A stretch of DNA of 64,000 nt, from assembly GCA_965203515.1 (NCBI GenBank), contig OZ241907.1, forward strand, positions 1,536,001 to 1,600,000, read 5' to 3'. This document shows, piece by piece, positions 39,665-48,610 of this stretch. The notes below the pieces were generated by a model that made no database searches, had not been told where the DNA came from, and saw only the letters and a program-made list of their open reading frames with translations. The number at the start of each line of letters is the position of its first letter. Position 1 is the stretch's first letter. This DNA comes from Spirochaetia bacterium (GTDB lineage Bacteria; Spirochaetota; Spirochaetia; SZUA-6; Bin103). The translations under genes were made by a program, and so were the position numbers.

Positions 39665-40753
39665 TCAGGCGCGCGGTCGATACGGAAGCACGGACATGCC
39701 GGTGTATGCCTTCGCCACCGTTCGAGCGCCCCGTTCGACCACGACCTTGAAGTAGCTGATGCCCTGGCGGACGATCTGCATCCTGCCTTCTCCAAGCATC
39801 TGTTCGACGCCCGGCCAGCGCCGCAGCCCGTCGGCTTTGGCGGGCACGCACCAGCCTTGCTCCGCGACCCGGTCGATGAAGGGATACCATCCCCTGGCAT
39901 CGGCGTCGAACCACCGCACGGGGCGGTACAGCTCCAGGCCGAGGCGCGGCCCAATCCCCTGCGCGGTGACTTCCAGGCCGACGGCGACGTAGGCGATCAG
40001 GTCGTCCATGGCGGTCAGCACGGCCGCCGCGGCGGCGGTCGATCCGGGCCACTCCAACCGTTCCAGCAGGGCGGGGACTTCCTCTTGCGCGAGGCCCCAG
40101 AGGAGAATGCGGAACCCCTTGGGGGAGCGCGCCGGGTGGGCTCCCGCCTGGAACACGAACGCCGTCTCCGGCAGCGCTGCGACGATGCGGTCGACCGTCG
40201 GCACCAGCTCCCGGTGGCCGCTCCAGCCTGCGGCAAGGGCCAGCGCCTCGAGCAGCGCGGCGGAGTCCCGATGCTCGTTGATGCCGTCCCGGGAGCCGGG
40301 GGCGGAGCCGCTCGGTGAAAAGAAGAGACCCGGCGGCGGCACCGGCCGATGCGGCGCCAGTCCCGCCGTATCGTACTCCAGCATCATGCCGCGCACGCCC
40401 CGGGCAAGGTAGGAGTTCGGATCCGCCGTCTGCCGCTCCAGTCCGATTGCAAGAGCCGCGGCCGGCGACCCGCGTTCGGCGCGTTTCCCCGCGCTGACGT
40501 AGTGCCGCGCCAAGTCCGATCCCGGTATCGCGAGCACGACGAGGTCGGCGTCCGCGTTCGGCTCCGCGAGATGGAACTCGAAGCCGAAGTGGGTGTCGGC
40601 AACGGCGCGCGGCAGCAGCTTCGCCGCGCGCATCACCCGCTCCCAGCCCGCGGCGTCGAGCAGCGCGGGCGGGAACAGGGAACGGCATCGCTCGAGGATC
40701 GACGCAAAGGAGCCGCGCGCAACGCCGGTCGAGCGGTCGTCTCCGGCGCTCAT
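39665..40753 (-). CDS. Putative RiPP-modifying enzyme, possibly an ABBA-type aromatic (Trp) prenyltransferase
   Basis: Starts 35 bp after the precursor stop, same strand. Motifs FGFEFHL..ADL, MLEYD, GPRLGLE and SYFKV..AKAY recall, from memory only, prenyltransferase domains in NHLP/Nif11 clusters. Confidence 0.5.
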   Translation of the reverse strand: MSAGDDRSTGVARGSFASILERCRSLFPPALLDAAGWERVMRAAKLLPRAVADTHFGFEFHLAEPNADADLVVLAIPGSDLARHYVSAGKRAERGSPAAALAIGLERQTADPNSYLARGVRGMMLEYDTAGLAPHRPVPPPGLFFSPSGSAPGSRDGINEHRDSAALLEALALAAGWSGHRELVPTVDRIVAALPETAFVFQAGAHPARSPKGFRILLWGLAQEEVPALLERLEWPGSTAAAAAVLTAMDDLIAYVAVGLEVTAQGIGPRLGLELYRPVRWFDADARGWYPFIDRVAEQGWCVPAKADGLRRWPGVEQMLGEGRMQIVRQGISYFKVVVERGARTVAKAYTGMSVLPYRPRA

Positions 40754-40788
40754 TGCGATCCTCGAGTTACGTATGCGCCGATCGCAGC

Positions 40789-41064
40789 CTAGCGCCAGCC
40801 CACTTCATCCCAGGACCAGCCGCCGGCGACCTGCACCAGATCGGCTTCCCCGAGCTGGGCGGGGGGCGGCAGGACCAGATGACTGGTATCGGCCGTGTCC
40901 TCGTGCACCTCGACGTTGAACCCGGCGGGCACGGTCACACCGGTTTCCGCCTCGATCGCGGTCTTGGGGTCCGCCATCAATTGGCTGCGAAACTCGCTGT
41001 CCGCGGTCGCCTTTTCGATCAGTTGCTTGCGCAGAGCACTGACGGTCATCGTCTCGTCGGCCAT
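40789..41064 (-). CDS. NHLP-leader RiPP precursor A1 (82-aa leader; core WSWDEVGWR)
   Basis: LIEKATADSEFRSQLMADPK...VEVHEDT...HLVLPP...LGEADLVQVAGG double-glycine leader; GGAGAGG RBS. Confidence 0.9.
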   Translation of the reverse strand: MADETMTVSALRKQLIEKATADSEFRSQLMADPKTAIEAETGVTVPAGFNVEVHEDTADTSHLVLPPPAQLGEADLVQVAGGWSWDEVGWR

Positions 41065-41671
41065 ATTCCTCTCCTTCGGCAGCTCGCGCAGCATCGTCGA
41101 TGCAATGTCTGCGCGGGGCTGCTCGCTAATGTCGGATCAGATACTCCGTTACCGCCGGCCAAGTGTCAACACTTGCACCGCGGAAACTGAGTTATCAGGT
41201 ATTTCCGTGGGTCGGCTACGAGTTCCTCACCTCGTCGTAGGTCCTGCCCTCTTGCCATTGCCCCACGCCGGACCAGTCGATGCCGCCGGCGGCCTGCGCC
41301 AGATCGGCTTCCCCGAGCTGGGCGGGGGGCGGCAGGACCAGATGACTGGTATCGGCCGTGTCCTCGTGCACCTCGACGTTGAACTCGGAGGGCACGGTCA
41401 CGCCGGTTTCCGCCTCGATCGCGGCCTTGGGGTCCGCCATCAATCGGCTGCGAAACTCGCCGTCCGCGATCGCCTTTTCGATCAGCTGCTGACGCAGAGC
41501 GCTGACGGTCATCGTATTCTCGGCCATTTCCTCTCCTTCCGGCAGCTCGCGCAGCATCGACGGCAATGTCCGCGCGCGCTACTCAATTTTTGTCAGATCA
41601 GATATAGGATACCGTCGGCCAAGCGTCGAGCCCGTGCACGGAGAAAATGAGTTATCAGGTATTTCCGTGGG
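40819..41671. repeat. Direct duplication of upstream region plus leader (40819-41211 and 41282-41671)
   Basis: Offset 460-463 bp; both copies end in the identical 24-mer TGAGTTATCAGGTATTTCCGTGGG (41188-41211 and 41648-41671). Confidence 0.9.
41216..41527 (-). CDS. NHLP-leader RiPP precursor A2 (82-aa leader; core IDWSGVGQWQEGRTYDEVRNS)
   Basis: Same leader family, ending LGEADLAQAAGG; 71 of 82 leader residues identical to A1 by manual alignment. Confidence 0.9.
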   Translation of the reverse strand: MAENTMTVSALRQQLIEKAIADGEFRSRLMADPKAAIEAETGVTVPSEFNVEVHEDTADTSHLVLPPPAQLGEADLAQAAGGIDWSGVGQWQEGRTYDEVRNS

Positions 41672-41726
41672 CAGCGACGGTGGCCGGGGCTGACCAGGAA
41701 TGAGCCGGCGCTGATATCAGACGCCA

Positions 41727-42812
41727 TCATTCCCATCGAAACAGCCGTATCGACAGCGTCACGGAGGCGGCGAGCCAGACGCCCAGGACCAGCGCGTCCA
41801 GACCGAGCCCGTACGCCGGCGGCGCGCCGACCATCAGCTGCCGCAGGGCATCGCCCAGATAGGTGAGCGGAATCGCCTGCACTACCGGACGAATCCAGTC
41901 CGGCATGGTCTCCAGGGGAAAGAATATCCCGGAGAGGAACATCATGGGGAAGTTCAGCACCGAGCTGATGCCGAACACGCTCTCTTCGGTCCGCGACAGG
42001 GCGGCGATCAGGTAGCCCAGCGAAATGAAGGTCAAGGCGCCGAGCGCGCAGAAGACGGCCAGCAGGCCGACGTCGCCACCGATCTCCACGCCGAACACCA
42101 CGCGGCCCACGGCGATGATGATCACCACCTGGACCAGGGCGATCGTCAGACGGTGCAGCACCTGCGACACCAGCAGCGCCGAGCGCGGCAGCGGCGTAGT
42201 GCCAAGACGGCGCAGCACCTTGCGTTCCCGAAGCTGCACCAGCGGCGCCGCGGTCCCGAACAGACCGAGCTGCATCACCGCCATCGCCAGAATCCCCGGC
42301 ACCAGGGAGTCGATCGGCCTCAGCCGGTCGGCGGTCACCGTGGTGAACCGGGTGGTGATCAGCGAAGGGGCGCCGCGCAGAACGCCTTCCAGCTCCCGCA
42401 GCACGGCGCTGATCACCGGCACGGCGACCTCGCGAGCGGCCGCGGAGGTGGGATCGAAGATCACCTCCACCGTCACGTGGCGGCCGGCCGCCACGTCGGC
42501 GGCCAAGCCTGGCGGGGCGTCCACCACGACGCGCAGATCTCCTGCGGCAAGCTGATCCGCCAGCTCCGCGCGCGTGCCGGCGCGGACCTCCAGCGCGGGG
42601 GCGGCGCGCAGCGCCGTCCCTACCGGATCCGGCGGCACGGCGCCGGCCGGCTGCGTCACGCCGACAGCTACCGGTTCCCCGCCGGATCCGGAAAAGATCA
42701 CTCCGAACAGCAGCATCAGGAACACGGGAAAGGCAAAGGCCCAGAACAGCGCCATGCGGTCGCGCATGAATCCCTTCTGCGAGGCGACGTACAGGGGCAG
42801 GACGAACGACAT
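41727..42812 (-). CDS. ABC-2 type exporter permease
   Basis: FWAFAFP, LVPGILAM, RERKVLRRL..TP, PMMFLSGIFFP, PLTY. Confidence 0.9.
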   Translation of the reverse strand: MSFVLPLYVASQKGFMRDRMALFWAFAFPVFLMLLFGVIFSGSGGEPVAVGVTQPAGAVPPDPVGTALRAAPALEVRAGTRAELADQLAAGDLRVVVDAPPGLAADVAAGRHVTVEVIFDPTSAAAREVAVPVISAVLRELEGVLRGAPSLITTRFTTVTADRLRPIDSLVPGILAMAVMQLGLFGTAAPLVQLRERKVLRRLGTTPLPRSALLVSQVLHRLTIALVQVVIIIAVGRVVFGVEIGGDVGLLAVFCALGALTFISLGYLIAALSRTEESVFGISSVLNFPMMFLSGIFFPLETMPDWIRPVVQAIPLTYLGDALRQLMVGAPPAYGLGLDALVLGVWLAASVTLSIRLFRWE

Positions 42813-42817
42813 GCCGG

Positions 42818-43759
42818 TCAGTCGCGGATGTGGCGGCCGGTGAGCCGCAGAAAGACGTCTTCCAGCGTCGGACGGCGCACGTGCAGGCCGTCGATGTCGA
42901 TCCGCCCGGCGGCCGCCATGGCGGTCAGGGCGCTGAGCGTAGCTCCCGCGTCCGACGAATGGAGCGTCAGCCCGTCGCCTTCGCGCTGCAGCCGTTCGAC
43001 GCCTGGCACGGACACGCCGTCGAACTCGACGCCGCCGGCCGGCAATTCGATCGCGGTCTCAGCGAAGTGCTCGTCGACCAGGCGGGACGGCGGCCCCTCG
43101 GCGATGATTCTGCCCCCGTCCATGATCGCGACCCGGTCACAGAGCGCCTCGGCTTCCTCCATGTAGTGCGTGGTGAGCAGCACGGTGGCGCCGCGACGGC
43201 GGATGGCGCGGATGGTATCCCACAGCGCCCGCCGTGCCTGCGGGTCGAGTCCGGTGGTCGGTTCGTCCAGGAATACCATCTCCGGCCGATTGACCAGCGC
43301 CAGCGCCACCGACAGGCGTTGCGCCTGGCCGCCGGACAGATCGCGGGTCAGGCTGCCGGCCTTGTCCGTCAGGTCGAGCAGATCGATCAGCTCGTCCGCG
43401 CCCATGGTGGTCCCGGCGTAGAACGTGCGGAACAGCTCCAGCACCTCGCGGACCGTCAGGCGGGGAAAGAGCGCAGTGGTCTGGAGCTGCACGCCGATGC
43501 GTTGCCGCACCGCCGCCGGGTCGGCGCTCAGGTCGCAGCCGAGCACCTGCACGGTCCCCGCGTCCGGCGCGCGCAACCCCTCGATCATTTCCACGGTGGT
43601 GGTCTTGCCGGCGCCGTTGGGACCGAGCACACCCAGGATCTCACCCGCCTCCACGGTTATCGACACGCCGTCGACCGCGACGACGTCACCGTATCGCTTG
43701 CGCAAGTCGACGGCATGGACCGCAAGCCGGTCAGACGTTCGGTCGGTGGATCCTGCCAT
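42818..43759 (-). CDS. ABC exporter ATP-binding protein (DrrA-like)
   Basis: GPNGAGKTT, LSGGQ, FLDEPTTGLD, TTHYMEEA, PTLEDVF. Confidence 0.92.
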   Translation of the reverse strand: MAGSTDRTSDRLAVHAVDLRKRYGDVVAVDGVSITVEAGEILGVLGPNGAGKTTTVEMIEGLRAPDAGTVQVLGCDLSADPAAVRQRIGVQLQTTALFPRLTVREVLELFRTFYAGTTMGADELIDLLDLTDKAGSLTRDLSGGQAQRLSVALALVNRPEMVFLDEPTTGLDPQARRALWDTIRAIRRRGATVLLTTHYMEEAEALCDRVAIMDGGRIIAEGPPSRLVDEHFAETAIELPAGGVEFDGVSVPGVERLQREGDGLTLHSSDAGATLSALTAMAAAGRIDIDGLHVRRPTLEDVFLRLTGRHIRD

Positions 43760-43787
43760 CCCGGAACAACTTCTTTCGTAGTATAGT

Positions 43788-44777
43788 CTAGAGCGGCTCG
43801 TCGCCGGCGCGGCGGATGACGATGCCGTCGTCTTCGAGGTCGACGCGCACGCGGTCGCGGCCGGAAATCGACAAGGCATCGAGGTGGTCGCGCGGTATCT
43901 GCAGCCGCCCCACCCGGTCGATGACCACGTACTCGCGGTGCGAGTCGGCATCCTCCATGTGCAGGGCCGGCCGCGCGGCGTGCGGGTCGGCGCCGGCATC
44001 GTCCGCTCCGTCCCGGCGGATGAACTCGCTGCTGGTGCGACCGTCGCGGATCGCCACGACGCGCCCCACCGACTGCGCCACGGCGCGGTCATGCGTGACG
44101 ATGACCACGGTCACCCCCAGGTCGCGATTCACCGCGCGGAAGGTCCGCAGCAGATGGCGCGCCGTCTGCGAGTCGACGTTGCCGGTCGGCTCGTCGGCCA
44201 GCAGCAACGGCGGTTCGTTGGCCAGCGCCACCGCGATCGCCACCCGCTGCTGCTCGCCGCCGGACAGCTCGGTGAGCCGGTTGTGGGCGCGGTGGTCGAC
44301 GCCGACCTGTCGCAACAGGTCCAGGGCGCGCGCCCGCCGGCCGCGCCGCCGGCGGGCCAGCAGCATCGGCACCTCCACGTTCTCCGCCGCGGTCAGGTAC
44401 GGCACCAGATTGCGGGCGCCGTTCTGCCACACGAAGCCGACCGTCTCGCGCCGATAGCGGACCAGGTCCTGCGAGCCGAGCTTGAGCAGATCGGCGCCGC
44501 CCACCTCCACGGTCCCGGCCGAAGGGCGGTCCAGCCCGCCCAGGATGTTGAGCAGCGTCGACTTGCCGCTGCCGCTGGAGCCGATGATCGCCATCACCTC
44601 GCCGGCTTCGATCTCCAGGTCGAGCCCCTGCAGGGCGACCACCTCGATCTCGTCCGTCTTGAAGATGCGCACCAGATTCTCGCAACGCACCGCCGCGCCC
44701 CGCACCCCTGCGCCCCTCGCCCCTGCGCCCGGCACGGCCGGTTCGCCCCGCACCGCCGGTGCACCGGCAGCGCTCAC
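43788..44777 (-). CDS. LolD/MacB-type ABC ATP-binding protein with C-terminal AbrB-like extension
   Basis: GSSGSGKST, LSGGEQQR, LADEPTG, VIDRVGRLQIP tail. Confidence 0.88.
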   Translation of the reverse strand: MSAAGAPAVRGEPAVPGAGARGAGVRGAAVRCENLVRIFKTDEIEVVALQGLDLEIEAGEVMAIIGSSGSGKSTLLNILGGLDRPSAGTVEVGGADLLKLGSQDLVRYRRETVGFVWQNGARNLVPYLTAAENVEVPMLLARRRRGRRARALDLLRQVGVDHRAHNRLTELSGGEQQRVAIAVALANEPPLLLADEPTGNVDSQTARHLLRTFRAVNRDLGVTVVIVTHDRAVAQSVGRVVAIRDGRTSSEFIRRDGADDAGADPHAARPALHMEDADSHREYVVIDRVGRLQIPRDHLDALSISGRDRVRVDLEDDGIVIRRAGDEPL

Positions 44778-45469
44778 GGCGCCTCCGCCCGGGCGCCCGG
44801 CTCCGGCTCCGCGATGCGCCCGTCACGCAGCGACACCCGCCGATCGGCCAAGTCGACGATGGCCGGATCGTGGCTGCTCATCACCACCGTGACCCCCTGT
44901 TCTCCGGTCAGCCCGCGCAGGATGCCGACCACCTGCATCCCCGTGTGGGTGTCGAGCTCGGCGGTCGGCTCGTCGGCGAACAGCACCTGCGGGCGGTGCG
45001 CGAAGCCGCGCGCGATCGCCACCCGCTGCTGCTCGCCGCCGGACAGCTCGCCCGGGCGGTGATGCATCCGCGACCGCAACCCGACCATCGTCAGGCACTC
45101 CCGGGCGCGCCGCTCTCGGCCGCCGCGGTCCGCGCCGGCGATGCGCAGCGCGAACTCGACGTTCTCCAGCGCCGACATGGCGGCGATCAGCGCCACCGAC
45201 TGGAAGACGAACCCCATCCGCCGCCGCCGCAGCTCGTCCCGTTCGGACTCGCTCAGCGCGGTGATGTCGGCGCCGTCCAGCAGCACCGCGCCGCTGGTGG
45301 GCCGATCGAGGGCCCCCAGGATGTTGATCAGCGTCGTCTTGCCGGAACCGGACGGCCCATGCAGCACGGTGAGCAGGCGCGGCTCGATCCCGATGCTCAC
45401 CCCGTCCAGCGCGGTGACGACCCCGCCGCCGGCGCGGTAGCTGCGGGTCACGTCGACCGCCGTGATCAC
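44774..45469 (-). CDS. LolD-type ABC ATP-binding protein
   Basis: GPSGSGKTT, LSGGEQQR, FADEPT. Confidence 0.9.
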   Translation of the reverse strand: MITAVDVTRSYRAGGGVVTALDGVSIGIEPRLLTVLHGPSGSGKTTLINILGALDRPTSGAVLLDGADITALSESERDELRRRRMGFVFQSVALIAAMSALENVEFALRIAGADRGGRERRARECLTMVGLRSRMHHRPGELSGGEQQRVAIARGFAHRPQVLFADEPTAELDTHTGMQVVGILRGLTGEQGVTVVMSSHDPAIVDLADRRVSLRDGRIAEPEPGARAEAP

Positions 45470-46701
45470 GCCGGCGGGCCGGTGTGGGTGCCGGCGCCGC
45501 TCAACCCGTACGCCGCCCAGGTCTCGGCCAGATCGACGACCGTCCCGCTGCTGAGCGCCTCATCGATGCCGAGCGCCGTGACGCAGGCGACCAGCCCCTC
45601 GCGGCCGCCGGCCAGCACCGGCCGGCCGTCGCGCAGCCGCCGGAGACAGTCGCCAAGCTGAAAGCCGTCGCCGCCGCCGTGCTGGCCGGCGCGCACCACC
45701 TCGGTCCGCTGCCACGGCGTCCCGTCCCAGTCGCCGGTATAGTTGACCGGCGCGTACTGAAAGGAGCCCCAGTAGAGGTCGCCTTCGATGCAGCCGCGTT
45801 CGCCGACCAGATACATGCGCCGGCTCGGCCGGCCGGCGTTCTGGTTGCTGTGGAAGGTGGCGCGGACGCCGTTGGCGAACTCGATGATCGCCACCTGGTG
45901 ATCGACGATGTCCTGCGCGGAGTTGAAGCAACAGAGGTCGAGATGCCGGCCGCGCGTCAGCTCCGGCTCCGCTGCCGGCTTTGGCGGCAGCGGATCGAGC
46001 TCCAGCCGGTGGGCGCAGTCGAGGCCGCAGTCGCGGCAGTAGAGCGGCGCGTCGGAGCGCGGGGTGAAGAACGACCGGCCGCCGAACGACGCCACCCGGC
46101 GCGGCAGCGAGCCGGCGAACCAGCACAGGATGTCGAGGTCGTGGCAGCACTTTTCCAGCAGATAGGTGCCGGTAAAGCGGCGAAACCGGCGCCAGTCGCG
46201 GCGGAAGAACGCGCCCTGCGCGTACGGCAGGTTCTCGTTCGCCTCGATCGACATGATCGGGCCGAGATCGCCGCGGTCGAGCCGCTCCTTGATCCCCCGG
46301 TAGAACGGCGCGTAGCGGAGCACGAAGCCGACGATCAACTCCCGGCCGGCGGCCTGCGCGGCGCTCCAGATCGCCCGGCAGTCGTCCGCGGTGGTCGCCA
46401 GCGGCTTCTCGCAGAAGACGTGCTTGCCGTGCTCGAACGCCGCCACCGCCGGCTCGCGATGGGCGTGATCGGGCGAGCCGACGATTACCAGATCGACGTC
46501 GTCGCGGCTCACCACCTGCTCGACGCCGTCGACCACCGCCGCGGCCGGCGCGTGCTCGCGCTGCGCCTGCAGCGCTGCCGGTCGATCCGGGTCGTACAGG
46601 GCGGTGATCTCGACGCCGCCGGCGGCGGCCGCGCGGCTCAGCAGCGATCGGCCGCGCGCGCCGCAGCCGATCGCGCCGACCCGGAACGGGGAATCAGCCA
46701 T
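45466..46701 (-). CDS. Gfo/Idh/MocA family oxidoreductase
   Basis: IGCGARG, HVFCEKP, GFVLRY, EKCCHDLD, HGGGD. Confidence 0.9.
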   Translation of the reverse strand: MADSPFRVGAIGCGARGRSLLSRAAAAGGVEITALYDPDRPAALQAQREHAPAAAVVDGVEQVVSRDDVDLVIVGSPDHAHREPAVAAFEHGKHVFCEKPLATTADDCRAIWSAAQAAGRELIVGFVLRYAPFYRGIKERLDRGDLGPIMSIEANENLPYAQGAFFRRDWRRFRRFTGTYLLEKCCHDLDILCWFAGSLPRRVASFGGRSFFTPRSDAPLYCRDCGLDCAHRLELDPLPPKPAAEPELTRGRHLDLCCFNSAQDIVDHQVAIIEFANGVRATFHSNQNAGRPSRRMYLVGERGCIEGDLYWGSFQYAPVNYTGDWDGTPWQRTEVVRAGQHGGGDGFQLGDCLRRLRDGRPVLAGGREGLVACVTALGIDEALSSGTVVDLAETWAAYGLSGAGTHTGPPA

Positions 46702-46848
46702 GCTCGTCCGTCCATGGTGCCCGACCGCGCTGACGCCGACAACCGGGCGCGGCCGGAAGATTCAATGTATGGTACCGATGCCGCATCGTCGCATGGTCAC
46801 GGCGGCGGATGCGGCGTAGCATCGACATCACCAAAGGCGTTTCACGAC

Positions 46849-48582
46849 ATGCCACCTACCAGCCAACACGATCACCCCTTCCTGCCGGACACCGACCCGA
46901 GCCATGCCGACGGCTCCGCCCCGATTCCCCTGAGCGGGGAGCAGGTCCGGCAGTTCATCGCCGACGGCTATCTGCTCCTGCGGCCGTCGCTGCCGGACGA
47001 GCTGCACGAGTCGATACGGCGGCGGCTCGACCAGGCGGTGCCGGTCCGCGAGGGCCGCGCGGGCAACCCCGGCAACAACATCCTGCCGCTCGTGCCGGAG
47101 ATGCGGCACGTGCTCCGGTCCCCGGAGGTGCACGGCGCCCTGCAGACCCTGCTGGGGCCCGACTACCTGGAGCATCCGCACCGGTTCTGCCACGTAGAGG
47201 AGCGGCCGGCCGACTCCGGCGCGGACCCGGGCGGCTCGGAGCGCCTCGCCAAGATGGCCGCCAACTGTCATCAGGACTCCTACACGCCGCTGGCGCGCCC
47301 GCGCCACCACCTCGTCCGCTACGCCCGCGTCATGTACTACCCGCAGGAGACGCCCGAGCGGCTCGGACCGACGCACGTGATTCCCGGAACCCATCTCAAT
47401 ACCGCCCTCAGCGACGCCGAACGGACGCGGACCATCCCGGTCGCCGGCCCCGCCGGCACGGTCTCCATCACCCATTTCGACGTCGGTCACGCCGCCGGCA
47501 TCAACCGGTCCGGGCAGCGGCGATTCATGGTCAAGTTCATCTACCAGCGCGCGTCGCCGCCGGCGGCCGACGGCTGGTCGGGAGCGGAACACCGCTGGCG
47601 CGATCCGCAGCGCTACGGCGGCGCCCGCCAGTCTCTGGCCTGGTCGCACCTCTGGGATTGGCTGCGCGGCGCCGGCGACCGCTACGCCAGCCTGCGCGGC
47701 GGCGCGCTGCCGCATGCCGGACGACCGGACGACGGGAACGCGGGCTCGGCGGCGCGGGCGCTGGCGGACGACCGTCCGTGCGCGGAGCGGGTGGCCGCCG
47801 CCGAGGCGTTGGCCGTCCTGGGAACGGGGGCCGCGCCGGCGGTTCCGGCCCTGCTCGGCGTCCTCAATCGGCAACCGGATCCGGTGCGGGTGGCGGCCGC
47901 TTATGCGCTGGGGGCGATCGGCGCGCCGGCGGTCGGCCCGCTGATCGATGCGCTGCGCGGGCGCGGCGGCGCCGCGCCGGTGCTGGGATCCCGCCTGGCC
48001 GCGAGCGGCCGCTCCGGCCCGCCGGAGACCGCCCTGCCGCTCGACGATGCCGCGTTCGCGCTGGCCGCCGCCGGCGCCATCGCGTTGCCGGCGTTGCAGG
48101 AGCTGTTGCGCGGGGGCGACGAATGGGCGCGGCTCAACGCCGCGTTCGCGCTGGGCGAGATGGACCGGCAGGCGCAGGCGGCGGTCCCGGCGCTGATCGC
48201 CGCGCTGGACGATCCCTCTCACCTGGTGGTCCGCGCGGCGGCGGACGCGCTGGGCGCCATCGGCGCGCCGGAAGCGGCGGCGCCGTTGGGCGCGCTGTTC
48301 CGGGTGAGCCGGCCCGGCTGGGAAGAGGAGGCGATGAGAGGCTGGACCGCTCGCGACCAGGTGCGCGTGAACGCGGCCACGGCGCTCGCCCGCCTTGGCC
48401 GCCGCGCCGCCGCGGCGGAGGACGACCTGAGACGGGCGCTCGACGACCGGTGCGGTCAGGTCGCGGCCTACGCCGTGGAGGCGCTGCGCCGCATCGGCTC
48501 CTCATCCGCGCTGGCTGCGGCGCTCGGCCTGCTGGCTGCGGAGCGCTGGGACCCGTCGATCACGCCGGCCAACGGCTTCTGA
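46849..48582 (+). CDS. PhyH-like 2OG/Fe(II) dioxygenase domain fused to HEAT/PBS-lyase repeats
   Basis: FIADGY, HQD, YYPQ, GPTHVIPGTH, H..G.N and R..K motifs, then repeated VRxxAAxALG units. Confidence 0.8.
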   Translation: MPPTSQHDHPFLPDTDPSHADGSAPIPLSGEQVRQFIADGYLLLRPSLPDELHESIRRRLDQAVPVREGRAGNPGNNILPLVPEMRHVLRSPEVHGALQTLLGPDYLEHPHRFCHVEERPADSGADPGGSERLAKMAANCHQDSYTPLARPRHHLVRYARVMYYPQETPERLGPTHVIPGTHLNTALSDAERTRTIPVAGPAGTVSITHFDVGHAAGINRSGQRRFMVKFIYQRASPPAADGWSGAEHRWRDPQRYGGARQSLAWSHLWDWLRGAGDRYASLRGGALPHAGRPDDGNAGSAARALADDRPCAERVAAAEALAVLGTGAAPAVPALLGVLNRQPDPVRVAAAYALGAIGAPAVGPLIDALRGRGGAAPVLGSRLAASGRSGPPETALPLDDAAFALAAAGAIALPALQELLRGGDEWARLNAAFALGEMDRQAQAAVPALIAALDDPSHLVVRAAADALGAIGAPEAAAPLGALFRVSRPGWEEEAMRGWTARDQVRVNAATALARLGRRAAAAEDDLRRALDDRCGQVAAYAVEALRRIGSSSALAAALGLLAAERWDPSITPANGF

Positions 48583-48610
48583 ACCGGCGACCGGCATCGC
48601 CCTCACGCCG

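Noticed and set aside
40789..41527. Nitrile hydratase alpha subunit genes
   Set aside because: They lack the CxxCSC metal site and a beta subunit, and end in a double-Gly site plus short core, so they are RiPP precursors.
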